Positions 36,101 through 47,962 of a DNA stretch of 58,842 nucleotides are shown one piece after another. Numbering within the stretch: position 1 is the stretch's first letter; every line of letters begins with the position of its first letter. The notes under the pieces are model-generated. The model made no database searches, was not told where the DNA came from, and saw only the letters and a program-made list of their open reading frames with translations. The position numbers were made by a program, and so were the translations under genes. Source of the DNA: Priapulus caudatus (lineage: Eukaryota); contig NW_014577087.1 of the NCBI RefSeq assembly GCF_000485595.1, positions 1 to 58,842 on the forward strand, written 5' to 3'.

Positions 36101-39100
36101 GCAGACCTGCACAAGCAGCAGCAGCAGCTGCTGGAGAGGCACATCCAGCAGCAGAAGGTACTTATAGAGAAACTGGAGAAGAACAAGCAAGTGAACCCGA
36201 GCGAGAGAGCCTCCATCATGAAGGTAGGAATCTTCCTCCTCTATCTGCTGGTTCCCCCCACGCTCACTACATACAGAGCAAACGATTGTTTTCACGATAT
36301 GTCCACTCGTAGAACTTATCGCGTGTCATTTTCTCCTATCAGCCTGTGAAAATTTTGCCATGTAAATGCCGAGGGCACACGGGAGAATTTTCAAGCAGAT
36401 TTTGTCTCGAGCAATTATAATTGCTGATATCGGCAATTGCAATTCCTCGTGTGTGTGTAGTGCAACCAGTCTAGCAATTTTAATTATTAGTTTATTTGTA
36501 ACTCGCAATCAGAGACTTTTGATAAGTCACATGACTTATTTTAACGCAACTTATTTTACTTTATTATACGCGTAGTATTTATGAAAAGCACCACTATGAC
36601 TGGCCAGGGTGATGTGGTCATCTAGATGCATGTTGGCGATTGAATTCGTATCGTATATGTGCGTAGGTTGCTGTAAGCAATCTTCATTACTGCCCAGGTT
36701 GGCAATTTTGTTTCTTGTGACAAAAATTGTCGAATAATCTCCCACGTGCTCTATAGGCTTAATGCAAGATTGGCAACGTTTTCTCGATTTATAAATCATT
36801 AAGCTTATATGATATGTGTGAGTGAAATGTGTGTAGTGCATTAACTGATCTCATGTCTCACAGACATTGATGTCACTGCAAGACAGCATAGCAAAGTTAA
36901 AAGAGGAGATCACCAAACCAGAGTTGCAGTCGTTGACAAAAAAGGAGGTGAGAAATTTTTTGTGAACAAGAACATCAATCTATCACAAATCAATAATATA
37001 TTTATAATCAATTTATACTCACTCTATTTCAGTCTACAGATATTTAAACATTTGTATACCTCATATAATTGCTTCACCTTGGCCATGTTCTTGGTTTGGA
37101 TCATGGCTCCTCTTCTTGCTAAATCAAATTAGTGTGGTTTAACAGTATAAGGTATACATGTCGGGTTCTGGCGTGAATTGTACGTAGTTGTTTAACGTGA
37201 CTTGTCCGTAATGTATAATTAAATTCGTTGTCATGTTGATGATTGCACTTGCAGGCACAGAAGGTGTTGCTTGATGCAGAGTTGGAGGTGATGACTAAGG
37301 AGGCTACTGGAGCTGACAGCTCTGAGCTGAGAAAGCGTCTCGCTGAACTGCGCCACGAGGTAGGCAAATTGACATATTGTCCTATAGGTATATATATACA
37401 TATATATATATATATATACCTATGTGTGTGTGCGTGCGTGCGTGCGTGCGTGCATGTGTGTATGTGTTTTATATTATATAGCTGCCCTGCTGTATTATTC
37501 TTTGTTATATCGGCATGAATTGAGGTCCAATCATATTGAAATCTTTTTACTGTCTTTTTTCCATCACTAATATAAAAGTAATGGTAATAATATTGCGGTA
37601 CTTTAATTGGCAATGAGATTTAATCTTTCGATAAACATCGTAATGTGAGTCAGGGGGCAAATTGATGTTAGCAACTTTTGTTGTTTTTTCTTCTCGTGTT
37701 GTAGGCATATAGTCTCGGCCTTGTGGGAGCCGCGCAGACCTACCGTGGGCGGGGGCGTGGCCGGGGTAGAGGCAGGGGGCGGGGCATCGGCGAGGGGCGG
37801 CGCGGTCGAGGCAGGGGTGTGCGGGGCGGCAGGGGCGCGATGGGGCAGCACAACACGATCGACAGGAGGCCGCGACAGCTGATGGTGCAAGGCTTCTCCC
37901 TCGACGAGAAGGAGGAGCTGATGTCTCACTTTGCAGTAAGTGTTAGAGAGTTACATGCGCTTCCGTCGAAGAAAGCTGTAAGCCGGTCTTCACAGTGCGT
38001 CAGTGAATAGGAGAGTTACGGATACTGTTACACAAGATAGTTGTAATCTCTATCTAGTGTGTTAGTTAGTGTGAGAGCTACATACACTGTTACACAAGAT
38101 AGTTGTAATCTCCATCTAGTGTGTTAGGTAGTGTGAGAGCTACATACACTGTTACACAAGATAGTTGCAATCTCCATCTAGTGTGTTAGTTAGTGGGATA
38201 GCTACATACACTGTTACACAAGATAGTTGTAATCTCTATCTAGTGTGTTAGTTAGTGGGATAGCTACATATCTGTTACACAAGATAGTAAGCCACTCTAT
38301 CTACTCTGTTCATTAGTGAGTGTGAGAGTTAAATGTGCTGCCCTTACGATTTTAAGCCAGTTTAGGTTTTACTGTCGCTTTAAGAAAAGTGTAACATAAG
38401 TATTGGTAATTTAGAGAGTCACTCAACCTGTATTGAAATTATTATGGTGTCATATTATCACAATAACCATAAAGATGCGGTATGGGTGGTCTCGCGTGCA
38501 CACATATTCCACTCTCCCTTTACTTTGTGATGTGTCCATATTCCACTCCTCCCTCCTTTACTTTGTGATGTGTCCATATTCCACTCCTCCCTCCTTTACT
38601 TTCTCACGTGTCCATATTCAAAACCACATTTACTTTAGCGTGTCTGTGTTTCACGCCCCCTTTACTTCTTCGTGTGTCCTTGCCCCATGTTAAGACCTCG
38701 TGTCGTTTCTGCGGCAGACCTTCGGCGCAGAGTCGACCGAGTTTGACGACAGTGCGGCGCGGCCGTCGCTCGTCGTCGGATTCAAGCGTCGGCCGGTGGC
38801 CGAGTACGCCGCCGGCAATGCCGCAACGTTCCGGGGCAGGAAGCTGACGATGGCGTGGCACGCGGCGACGCTGCTTGCGCCGGCAGCAGCGGCGGTGACG
38901 TCGCAGCACCAGCAGGACGAGGAGGAGGACCTCGGAGACCTGGATGCCGCGGAGGCTGCGCTGCTCGCTGAGGTACACGAACACTGCCGTGTAGACCTAC
39001 ACGCGTTAGGTAGAATTATGACTGTGTGTAGATAGTACGGCTGCGCTGCTCGCTGAGGTACACGAACACTACCGTGTAGATAGTACGGCTGCGCTGCTCG

Positions 39101-39826
39101 CTGAGGTACACGAACACTACCATGTAGACCTACACGCGTTAGGTAGAATTATGACCGTGTATAGATAGTACGGCTTGGTGAGCAGGTACATGCCGCATAG
39201 ATTTACATAATCGGGATGGGGTGGTTATGGTTTATGTCATTCGTTCAATGCCAGCCTTCACGCTGGCTATAACTGAGCCATAGCCATAGGTCAAACAGTC
39301 CTAGACCACCCACCAGCAGCTATTCATTACTGCTACCAGTGCACCGGCAGCTTGATGTAGGTGGCCAGTAATAGGCAGTGAATTCATGAGAAATAGTTGC
39401 ACAGTGAATTCACCTGCACTTTGCTTCGGCTGAGGACCATGATTGTGTTGGCCGTAGATGGAGCAAGAGGTCCTGTTTTGCAATCGTTTTTTAGTTATTA
39501 ATATAAGAGCTTCGAAAATACATCTTGTCTTTAGGAATTGCTTCAATGCACTGCTAGCTCGTACTTCCTCGAGTACAGATTTTTTTGAGGATCGATTATT
39601 TTAATAATTTATTATCTAATTCATGGCTGCGAACGATCAACGATATTTTGATTGTAACTGATCATCGGTGCGTCACTGTGGGTGGTCAATACTGATGTCG
39701 GACGTTGCTGTAATAGACTTTTCATTGCTGCTGCAGGGCGAAGATGACGAAACGGCAGATGACGACATCCTCCTTGGTGACGACGAGGACGACGACGACG
39801 ACGAATCACGCTCCTGGCGCCGATGA
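21125..39826 (+). CDS. RBM26: RNA-binding protein 26/27 (Swm) orthologue, 19 exons, 1006 aa
   Basis: 19 GT-AG exons with consistent phase, totalling 3021 nt. PWI-like N-terminus (IENIEALKLWL...DADPAALAKYVVALVKKDK), RS region, CCCH finger CRDYDEKGFCMRGDLCPFDHG, Pro-rich region, RRM1, coiled coil, RGG, RRM2, C-terminal ESRSWRR. Confidence 0.96.
21409..21527 (+). CDS. RBM26: RBM26/27 exon 2 (PWI)
   Basis: TDADPAALAKYVVALVKKDKPEQELKNICNDQLDVFLQK. Confidence 0.94.
21565..22578 (+). mobile_element. HINE (non-autonomous Helentron) spanning the N gap in RBM26 intron 2
   Basis: 5' tttttagctcatctgacatagtcagatg (subTIR + IR), (gtcc)n microsatellite, ggtcaaaggtca motifs; 3' agatgagcg subTIR, hairpin tgtcgctatgcggca, cttgtt end. 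Confidence 0.8.
21829..22510. other. Assembly gap (N run)
   Basis: Run of N; a second, 10-nt gap lies at 19501-19510. Confidence 1.
23673..23990 (+). mobile_element. hAT-like MITE, copy 1 (~318 bp)
   Basis: Ends c(c/a)ggggtagaaattaac / gttaatttcgcaccctg; closely similar copy at 26071-26388. Confidence 0.8.
24192..24346 (+). CDS. RBM26: RBM26/27 exon 3
   Basis: ETGKFVDMLFESLKTKTY...KKE|gtatgt. Confidence 0.92.
24430..24789. mobile_element. Tc1/mariner-pogo (Tigger-like) MITE, 360 bp
   Basis: Perfect 24-bp TIR caggtacaccaccgattttccgga / tccggaaaatcggtggtgtacctg with TA on both sides. Confidence 0.9.
24941..25098 (+). CDS. RBM26: RBM26/27 exon 4 (RS-rich)
   Basis: ctgcag| SDEENRK...RRRSRSP...|gtaagt. 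Confidence 0.9.
25126..25343. mobile_element. Small TIR element with 5-bp TSD (hAT5-like)
   Basis: tcata|cagggtttctt ... aagaaacccag|tcata. Confidence 0.65.
25692..25834 (+). CDS. RBM26: RBM26/27 exon 5 (RS-rich)
   Basis: DDRGRRDYDDRR...RSRSRSRSPDRLK. Confidence 0.9.
26071..26388 (+). mobile_element. hAT-like MITE, copy 2
   Basis: caggggtagaaattaac ... gttaatttcgcaccctg; ends ~44 nt before the exon 6 acceptor. Confidence 0.8.
26433..26648 (+). CDS. RBM26: RBM26/27 exon 6
   Basis: ARAASP...KPRCRDYD|gtgagt. Confidence 0.92.
26922..27035 (+). CDS. RBM26: RBM26/27 exon 7 (CCCH zinc finger)
   Basis: EKGFCMRGDLCPFDHGQDPVIVEDV. Confidence 0.95.
27329..27733 (+). CDS. RBM26: RBM26/27 exon 8 (Pro-rich)
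   Basis: GMPGPP...EPYNPETPGI...QRELVSL, donor g|gtaacg. Confidence 0.93.
28540..29340 (+). pseudogene. hAT transposase N-terminal remnant (TTF-type zinc finger), frameshifted and interrupted
   Basis: HTFQPAWKSSYPWLEYDPAKGMTC, FTGTTNYRLETVKAHNASEGH, KLNILIRNA..., LTDKAC.RFIMAIAD lie in different frames, with stops. Confidence 0.75.
28842..29110 (-). mobile_element. HINE nested within the hAT transposase remnant
   Basis: Hairpin gcactcacggagagtgc plus subTIR acctccacca at one end; ataacctcctccac..gtgggcggaggtaat at the other. Excision restores KTLTL-MNKATIAKLNIL. Confidence 0.72.
30085..30246 (+). CDS. RBM26: RBM26/27 exon 9
   Basis: GAEHQ...YNPEEPAKRSTGFDYSRL. Confidence 0.9.
30744..30877 (+). 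CDS. RBM26: RBM26/27 exon 10 (RRM1)
   Basis: LEIRKIPRGFNNIGKINEHFQKFGTITNIT. Confidence 0.95.
31671..31799 (+). CDS. RBM26: RBM26/27 exon 11 (RRM1)
   Basis: VCYEGDVEAALVQFLTHAQANAAYRSPDPVFNSRFVKVFWHKE. Confidence 0.95.
32068..32175 (+). CDS. RBM26: RBM26/27 exon 12
   Basis: ctgtag| GGLHDNVPAAKK...EEP|gtaagc. Confidence 0.85.
32285..32740. repeat. ~92-bp tandem repeat (~2.6 copies) interrupted by a MITE
   Basis: tgggtagatctgtgttctgggtgatgctgtcaagtactgtgaggttttaatatagatc recurs three times. Confidence 0.88.
32389..32577. mobile_element. hAT MITE, 189 bp, 8-bp TSD ATCTGGGT
   Basis: atctgggt|cagggaaaaaaata ... tatttttttcactg|atctgggt; the empty site is visible in the next repeat copy (~32678). 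Confidence 0.9.
33549..33758 (+). CDS. RBM26: RBM26/27 exon 13
   Basis: AVVHKTSTGLTRTVYN...KKKQEEKMK|gtgagg. Confidence 0.9.
33880..35600. repeat. Long GT/CGTG-rich simple repeat with a 78-bp higher-order unit in its clean part
   Basis: ctcgtgtgcgtg motifs; 35170-35520 translates as an exact 26-aa repeat (78 bp). Confidence 0.92.
36083..36223 (+). CDS. RBM26: RBM26/27 exon 14 (coiled coil)
   Basis: QGAKLKADLHKQQQQLLERHIQQQKVLIEKLEKNK...IMK. Confidence 0.93.
36864..36947 (+). CDS. RBM26: RBM26/27 exon 15
   Basis: TLMSLQDSIAKLKEEITKPELQSLTKKE. Confidence 0.88.
37255..37359 (+). CDS. RBM26: RBM26/27 exon 16
   Basis: AQKVLLDAELEVM...ELRKRLAELRHE. Confidence 0.93.
37705..37935 (+). CDS. RBM26: RBM26/27 exon 17 (RGG, RRM2 start)
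   Basis: AYSLGL...RGRGRGRG...IDRRPRQLMVQGF...LMSHFA. Confidence 0.94.
38020..38290. repeat. ~61-bp tandem repeat, ~4.5 copies
   Basis: ctgttacacaagatagttgtaatctc.atctagtgtgttagttagtg.gagagctacatac. Confidence 0.92.
38500..38640. repeat. ~37-bp tandem repeat upstream of the exon 18 acceptor
   Basis: tccatattccactcctccctcctttactttgtgatgtg x~3. Confidence 0.8.
38718..38972 (+). CDS. RBM26: RBM26/27 exon 18 (RRM2)
   Basis: TFGAE...LVVGFKRRPVAEYAA...FRGRKLTMAWH...LLAE|gtacac. Confidence 0.9.
38953..39175. repeat. Tandem repeat that includes the exon 18 3' end and donor site
   Basis: ggctgcgctgctcgctgaggtacacgaacact occurs at ~38954, 39039 and 39087. Confidence 0.9.
39737..39826 (+). CDS. RBM26: RBM26/27 exon 19 (acidic tail, stop)
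   Basis: GEDDETADDDILLGDDEDDDDDESRSWRR*. Confidence 0.95.
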   Translation, partial: GEDDETADDDILLGDDEDDDDDESRSWRR

Positions 39827-41984
39827 TCGCCGTGGAAACGCCGCGGAGCATTCGACAGTGACGTCACGGTCGTCTTCTGAGAGTGCCGGATGGTGCAGGC
39901 GGAGGCTCGCGTGTTTCTAGAACAGTGTCTGTACGCGTGTATGTAGTAGTAGGTGGGCAGTGGTCAGCACACACTCGATGCGTGTGTAGTGATGGATAGC
40001 AGCTGGGAACAAGTGTAATGACCAGGCCGTGCCTGTCACTGCTAATTGACACAGACGAGCCAGCGAACATGAATTAATTCACCCTTATTAGTCCACTGCC
40101 CGTGTACAGTTTGTGATGGTGCATAAAGATGTATTTGAATGCCCACTCGTTTATATGTCGCTTATCTCGCGTTTATGTTTTAGTCGTTAGTTTATGCAAA
40201 GTTTGGCCTTCTTTCACTCCGCATCCTCTCTGTTTTAAAAGCACGGCTTCAATGAATTGTACTGTCGTATAGTTTGAACCTGGTCAGAGATCCAAAAGGA
40301 GTGGTCCTGTCCTCGATCAGTTTGCCAAGGTGACTGTGCGTGATGCATGCAGAGTTGATGCCCTGTTAACCGGTAACTCCATGCAATCGTCGTGAGTTTC
40401 AGCTCGTCATGTGTACTGGTCTCATTTTCTAGCACCACTCATTTGATACTTTCTGCCAAGTCGTCTATACCGGCATTTACTGCTGGTAGTGTTTGACCTA
40501 ATGTGCCGTGTTTCCGATTTCTAATGGCAGTGGCCTGGTGTGCATCTCGCTACTCTGTCTACGTTATTAGAGCGAGCTCGTTTGCAGTGCCAGGCAGTAT
40601 CATTATTGAAATCAGAAAGTGACAGGCATCAATTACAACATGCACCATGTCTCTTATCGTAGAATAGACAAATGTAATGGTTTTAATGGTTGAATTATAA
40701 TATTTTACACTTAAATCTGTAGGAATGTGATGATGCTGTTATCCTAGTCTTTGTATACTAGAGTGGGAGAGAGGAAGGGCAACAGACGTGTGTCTTGAAT
40801 TTCTTATCTTGTTATCAGGCTGTGACATTTTCTTTGATGTTTAAATGTGGATGATTTCTATGCTGGGGTACCTACTAGTTTTCAATGCTGATGAAATCAA
40901 TGTGATAACTAGCAGATCTCGATACATTTTTAAACCAAGTAGCCAGCGTGTTGTACATGGTTTGTAACTTATATAGAGCTGATGGTACAGTTGTTTTCTG
41001 TTTGATAAAGCTGATTAGCAGTAAAATCTTGGTTTCCAGCCAGAGAATGCCCAACCCAATCAAATCACTTCTGTGTATCAGTTTTACTGCACCTCTGGTT
41101 TCTTCACTTCGTTGACGGTGTTACGGCTACTAGTGTGTACTGATTCTTCAGGGGTTTTTGTTGAAATGTATTTACTTGTGACGGTGAATATGTGCAGTAC
41201 GTTCATTCACTTTCTCATACCTCTGTCCCTCTATCCCTCACTAATATGCTACTGTGGGGGTTAAGTAGCTGCATCAACGTCTGGATCCCCAAATTCATCA
41301 TGAACAACTTTGCCTCATCAATGTTGAGTGACGGCAGTGTAGCCAGCTGTTTATGTGCTAAAAATAGCATTTGTCACAACTCATGAACTTGAGGATACGT
41401 GACGTATTGGGGTCACCAGTTGAATAGGTGCCGACAGGCTAGAAAACTGAACAGTCAGTGAACGTACTTGCACAAGTGCACCTTCGGATTTCTTCGTGAT
41501 CAAAAATGTTGCCAGTCATTTCTAGACAGAGACTTGATACAGCCGTTGAAGTAATATTCTAGTGTTTGCACATTATTTGTAGTGCAGCAGCAGTGAGAAG
41601 TATTTTTGCTCTGTATTGTATAATTTTATTAGTGTGTTACTGTGCAAGTTGGATGTATTTCTTGTTGACATGCAGATCGTTGTCAAAATATTATGTATTT
41701 TGAAATGATGAACATTAAAAGATGAGAAAATACGAATGAGAAGAGAAAAGAAAGAAAGGAAAAGATTGAGAGATTTGAGAATGAAAAGATAAAAAAGATT
41801 TGAACAGAAAAAAAATCTGATTGGCGATGAAAAAAAATATAACAAGCACAGAACGTGACTGTGCAAAACAAAAATCACCCGAGAATGATTTCTACATTTG
41901 CAAAGTCCTCTCCACTCTGTTTGGACACCTTTGTTGTTGTGTGCCGTGAGATTCCCCCCCCCACCCATATTCCACTCCATCTTC

Positions 41985-42239
41985 ACCTGGAGCCGATGAC
42001 TGGGCAGCTGTAACGGAAACTAGACGTGTGTGACTCGCACCACCTGCCATCCACTACGAAGCTACGATAGGCGAGCGATGATTTGGAGAAGCGTACCAAC
42101 AGCAAGTCAGCATCCAGGAATCCATAGCAGCGACAGCGACTGAAGAGTGGTTCAATTCCAGTAGATGCGTCTGTCTGGACAGCATGTGAAAATAGAGCAC
42201 TCTGAGGAGGCACAAGGAGACAGGGTCGTGTGTTGTAAG

Positions 42240-42295
<56 letters not shown>
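41985..42295 (+). mobile_element. Possible decayed 3' end of an RTE-like LINE followed by (AG)n
   Basis: Degenerate translation R*LG...HLP...LKSGSIPVDASVWTACENRAL loosely resembles RTE C-terminal RWLGHV..LP..W...DR..W; weak. Confidence 0.25.
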
Positions 42296-42298
<3 letters not shown>

Positions 42299-44919
42299 AG
42301 ATCAGAGAAGCTTGTCTTCTTTTTGCAAATTTATACTTATCGAGACATTCACTTTTCTATTGTGATTGGCATTTGCTTGCACATTTCAAGTATTACTACT
42401 ATCTCACAACGTACTAGGCTATTTTACAATAGGGTTAATCTTGCTACTATTAATTATCTGCTGTATTTGCAGGTGATGCAGTCTAATCACAGTGGATCTG
42501 GTTTTGCTATGTATGGTTTCACACAGTAGGTGACATTGCAAACTACATAATGCACAAGGTAAGTTGATTCTAAATACGTCCTTGCGATGGACATATGTAT
42601 ACATTTATCTGTGTTGCAATTTTCTGTGTTATGAACGTTCTTTCTAGCTTGTGGTTCAAGTAGAAATCGGTTGGACTCGCTATGAAAATTCATTTCGATT
42701 TTCAATCTAGTTTGAATCACTTTGCGAATTGCCTTGCAGGTTAGGTGGTTCTTGCACACATGAACTATATTATGGTTATAAAAACGGTCACATTTTGTTC
42801 GGTTACGTGGTTTATGCAAACGTTTTGTGTTTAATTTCTGTCTCGACTGGAAACCTCTAGAGTTTCTCAAGTTACCTACAGGTAACATCTTGGTCAATCA
42901 GGCTTACTTCCTGCTAATGCTGATACATCTAGGGCTGCAATTTATTACAGAACCATAAAATATTAGGTTTAATAATATAATGTCACGAAGTGACGAATAG
43001 GAGGACAAAATTATACCCCTCATGTCTCTTCCTATAAACGTGGTTTATTTTTTGAAACTTCCAAAACGACATCCTGGATACTGGACCAACAAATCCCCCC
43101 CCCCCCCGCTCACTCACACAGGCTTGGTTGTTCGCATTCCTTTCGTTTTCCTTTTTTTTATTCTCATCTTTAATCCTCTTTTTCTGCTTCGTCCTTCGTG
43201 CTTCGTGCTTCGTTCGTCTTTTTTCTGCTCTTGCTACCCATTACCATTTTCATCAGTATTAACGATCTTTTTTTCCTTCTGTGGTTTCTCCATCTCTTCT
43301 TATCCTTGTCTTCAATACTTCTTCGTTATCACTAACAAAGAATTGAAGATTTTTGATTTTGAATTTTAAATTTATGTTGACTTTGTTCTCTTTGACGCTA
43401 TGCGGTTGCTTTTATCATCAACGCCGTATGCGTATAGTCGACTCGTATCCGTGATGACACGAAGGCATATCGAGCCAGGTTAGGTGAACTTTCGCCACAC
43501 AATTCCATGCATTTTGTAATAAGAGAGTGCTTTAACATGATCCACGCGAGAGTTCGTTATGCGAGTATTCACAACGAATTCGCTGTGGTGTGACTCGGTG
43601 TTATAATGAGGCTGGTTACATATTCAAAGACGAGCGTCTGGTGCGTAAACTGAGAACCACAGTCTAAAGCAGCATAGCCGCGCATCTATTAGCAACCTTA
43701 TACCAGCTGTATGAGATGAATTGCCAGTGTGCGTCTACCTCATCCGTGTGCCTAGACGGGTTGTGAGAGTTGGACAAACGTAAGTGCAATATACTATAGC
43801 ACGTCAATTATCCCGTCGCGCTTAGAGTGCATCCTGAGGTGACTGCAACATCGGGATGCACCTGCATTCATTATATACAAGCCAGTGAAGCCACGCTTAG
43901 CAATGAGAGGGCTGCTATGCGCTGGACAGTGCTGCCATCTATGACCTCCGGCAATAAATCATTGTTGCCCTGTTCAGATGGGTGTACCATTAGATCAGTT
44001 TTCATCTCTAACCGTGTCTTCGCGTTGGTTTTCTTTCATCTGGTAACAGTTAAGTTGACAGTTTATGATGGTTTTGCCTAAGATTGATCGCATATATCGA
44101 TCTTAGCCATTACATTAATTACAGGATGACCCCTTCCTGACTAATATACTTACGCAAACTTCTATTCTATCCTCGCTAGCGGTTCTTTAAGAGTTTACAT
44201 GATTGGTTACACTAGAAAGTGCTGTCATAACTCCAACATAAATCACCTGGGATGGTTAATACATGCCTTTGTTTTCGAAATTTCTCTGCTTGACTCCATG
44301 TATTGGGCTGATTTATGTATAATTGCCTTTTCTCATTAGCAATGTTTTCGCGGCTTATGAGATGCACATAATTATAATTAATAAGGCCTTTACATGCATA
44401 TTTCATTAAATCTAATTCAAAGACAGTTTCTAACTGTCATTACGTGATTGAAGCTATGTGCATTTTAAACAGATTCCTTTCATTGGTAAAGAAAGAGTAG
44501 CGTTGTTTACTCTGTTATACAATCAATGCTCGTCTATATCGTAGAGTATGTTGCATGCATGCTATGACAGCTTTATCGTATAAAAATTGTGAAAGGATAC
44601 AGGACACATATATTCTGCGGACTGACGTGTAATTGGCTCTATTCATCCTAAATTTGCATGTGCATCGATAATTTATTTAGCTACGCTAAAGTAATTGCCG
44701 AAGTTTAATGACTAGAGCAGATGCATTTTTATGCAATTTTAATCATTAAGGACCACGTTCATGCGCACGCTGTACAGGCGGGATGCTGTGAGGTGTTTTC
44801 TCAGACTGGGTCATTAATGAACTACCTAATTACCTGCCGAGCTATGAAACAAAACCGGTAGGAGTAACGGTGGCCCGCGAACACACAAAGGTGCATTCAC
44901 CTCATACTTGTTTGCCTCT

Positions 44920-45650
44920 GTGTGCGCATATGTGAGGGCATGTGTTTGCGTGCGTCCGTGCGTGCGTGCATGACTGTATGTATGTGTTATGTGTGTAATC
45001 TAACGTTAACGTTGTTAGAAGCGTATCGCACGCTCTCGAACGTGCGTGTGTGCAACAAATCGTACATGCGTGTGTGTATGTATACGTGCGTGCGTGTATG
45101 TGTATGTGTACGTGCGTGCGTGTATCTGTACGTGCGTGCGCGTATGTGTACGTGCGTGCGTGTATGTGTACGTGGGTGCGTGTATGTGTACGTGCGTGCG
45201 TGTATGTGTCCGTGCGTGCGTGCTTGCGTGCATGTGTGTGAAGGTGCGTGCGTGCATGTGTGTGTGTATGTGTGTGTGCGTGCGTGCGTACGTGTGTGTG
45301 TGTGTGCGTGCGTGCGTACGTGTGTGCACGTGTGCGTGCGTGCGTACGTGTGTGTGTGTGTGTGTGTGTAGGTGCGTGCGTGCATGCGTCCATGTAGACG
45401 TGACTGTCGTTGCATGTGTGTGCATAAGCGTGTTGCAAGCGTTTGGGCATGTGCGTGCGGCGTGTGTATGCGCGCGTAAGTGTAGCATATGCATAATATA
45501 CTGTGGTCGAAATTTCCATGAACATAATCACGTCCTTGTAATATCACAAAACTCTTTCCGTGCGCACGTGCATACCTTTGTGCGAGCCTACGTGTGTTTG
45601 CGTGCGTGCGTGCGTGTGTGCGTGCGGGCGGGCGGGTGGTCGGGCGTGCG
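44920..45650. repeat. (CGTG)n/(TG)n compound microsatellite
   Basis: Direct reading. Confidence 0.9.
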
Positions 45651-47926
45651 GGCTAGTTATGTTTCTTATGAAGTCTGCGGTAGGTGATGTGGTGTGTAGC
45701 ACTGTGTACTGTGTTTGTCCGGGTGGGTAATATAATATAATGGCTCAGGATGTATGTAAGAAATGCTATGATGGTAGGTGTCGAACGAAGGTGATCAGGT
45801 GATACGTGGGCTGGGTGGTGACGGAAGGAGGCGACATGAGGGGATAGGTGGAATGTGAGGTGATGTAGGGCGGTTTGCTGAGAGGATAAGTGGGGTGGGA
45901 GATAACAGAGGGCCCGGCGGTATTGTGAGGTGTGATGGGGTGGGTGGGGTTACAGTTAATTGCAGAGCAATCTTCACCGATCATAGATTATTAGTAAGTT
46001 GCGCTAGGCACGCGTTTTACAACAAACGACTGTAACCTTACACTACGCTAGAGAGTCTGACTAAACACCTTTTGTCGGTACCCTTTATGTAGCTCCTGCG
46101 GTTTCCCTTACGTGTACGAGATTGCTAGTTAAACGTTACCGTTCTTTGGCATTCGCGTTAAAAGCGGGAAATTCTAAATCGCGTTGCTGTAGACCGTTTT
46201 ATAAACGCGCGCATCAAAAGTAATTGGTAATTTAATACAAGTACGCGGGAATTTTTCCTCTCTACTGTCTATTGTTATTGCAGTAATTTGCAAAAATCTG
46301 CTCGCTGCGAAGGATAAAGTTCCAATGCTTCTGCCTGACTCCGCAAAATAGGCCGCACTTCACGAAATCGCGTCCCAATTATAACTAACCATTTCCTGCG
46401 AAATTCTTTTGGCGAGTTTAGTTGAACAGCGGCGATGCGCTACTATTACATCGCGAATAGAAGCGCTGACGCTGACCGCGTAGCGATGTTTAGCGACTTG
46501 AGTTCATGAGCAGAGCGTTTCCCTCGGTGCCACCAGCACCTCTCTTATATAAGCTCGAGAGCTTTCCGCGCCTAGTGCGATGTGAACGTTGATATATACG
46601 AGGAATTCGCTAGTACGATATTATGACGCGAGCAGCTCGCCTAGAGCGATCGAGAAATGCATGCCTCGCCGCCATGATATATACACGCTGGTTCGAACTC
46701 ACTCCGGCATAGTCAAAATGTGCCTGGCGACTCAATGTCGCTACAAATATACAAAAGCTGCTCCCATGCCGGATAGTGACGTACTTCGTGTGTGTTTATG
46801 AGACACATGGCCTTTGTATTTGATTGGTCTACGAAACGTGTGACATCGTTTCCCACGAGCTCTGCGTACGATCATCGCGGTCGAATTGAACGCGTGAGAA
46901 ATAGAGACGTACACGTTTATGAAGGCAGCCAACACGCGCAGATACCGCATATATATATTCCCCGCGTTACTGGTCCGCATGCGAGCTGCTCTTGATGAAT
47001 AGCGATATACCTGAACAAGAGGTACGAATCGACATAACCGCTGGTAGAATACGAGCTGGTATATAGTCCGCATCGAGTTGCGCATTCATAAATGACTTAT
47101 AATGGAACCTCGCGCCCCCTCTTTACAATTCCCACACCCAGAATTGATCAGCAACCATAATGACAATTTTAACTAAATATTTATGCGGTGCATGCATATA
47201 GGTATCTTTCATCGTCCGCCCTCCCCTACGTGTGGCGCAGGAATGCCTTTATATCGACGACTATAGTAGGTGGTTGCTATGCTCTATAATTTACCTATGG
47301 CGTAGATGAGCATGAACCCGTGTACGCGCACAGAGATGCTTTGTGTTGTTTGCCTGTCGGGAGAGATGCGTCAGACGACACGCGCGCGCGATCCCCCGCT
47401 ACCACGGCATTCACGCTAGCGACACTAGTGTCTGGCGGGCGTGGCAGTGGACCGACACCTGCCGACCGATTAAACACTTTCACCCGTGATAAACGTTCAC
47501 GGGGATTCGCATTATTAGCCAGCGCTGAGTTTGTGACGAGTTCTCAGTGAACGACATGCGTAGACAGCATCTTCCTCTATATCGAGGCTATTCAACCACA
47601 TGCAGCCATGCACCCTGCGACGGTTGTGTGAACAACACGTCTCAGTGGCTGTTACCCCCGCAACATCACCACCACCACCATCATCATCGTCATCACTATT
47701 ATCATCATCGTCGTCGTCGTCGTCGTCATCATCGTCATCATCACCACTGAAACGTATTCGGTGCTTGTGCAACAACGTGTTCCGTTTGTTGAACATACTC
47801 CCCCCCCCCATCATTACATGCCATACTTTGCTATTCGCTTCACGTCATCCACAAAAGATTCGGGAGCGTTGCTTGTCACACATGCACACAAGCGCACCTG
47901 CCATGCACGCATCAATAGGATGTGTG

Positions 47927-47962
<36 letters not shown>

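Noticed and set aside
42473..42558. Exon-like segment with good acceptor (ttgcag) and donor (aag|gtaagt)
   Set aside because: Stops in all three frames and no partner exons found; at most non-coding
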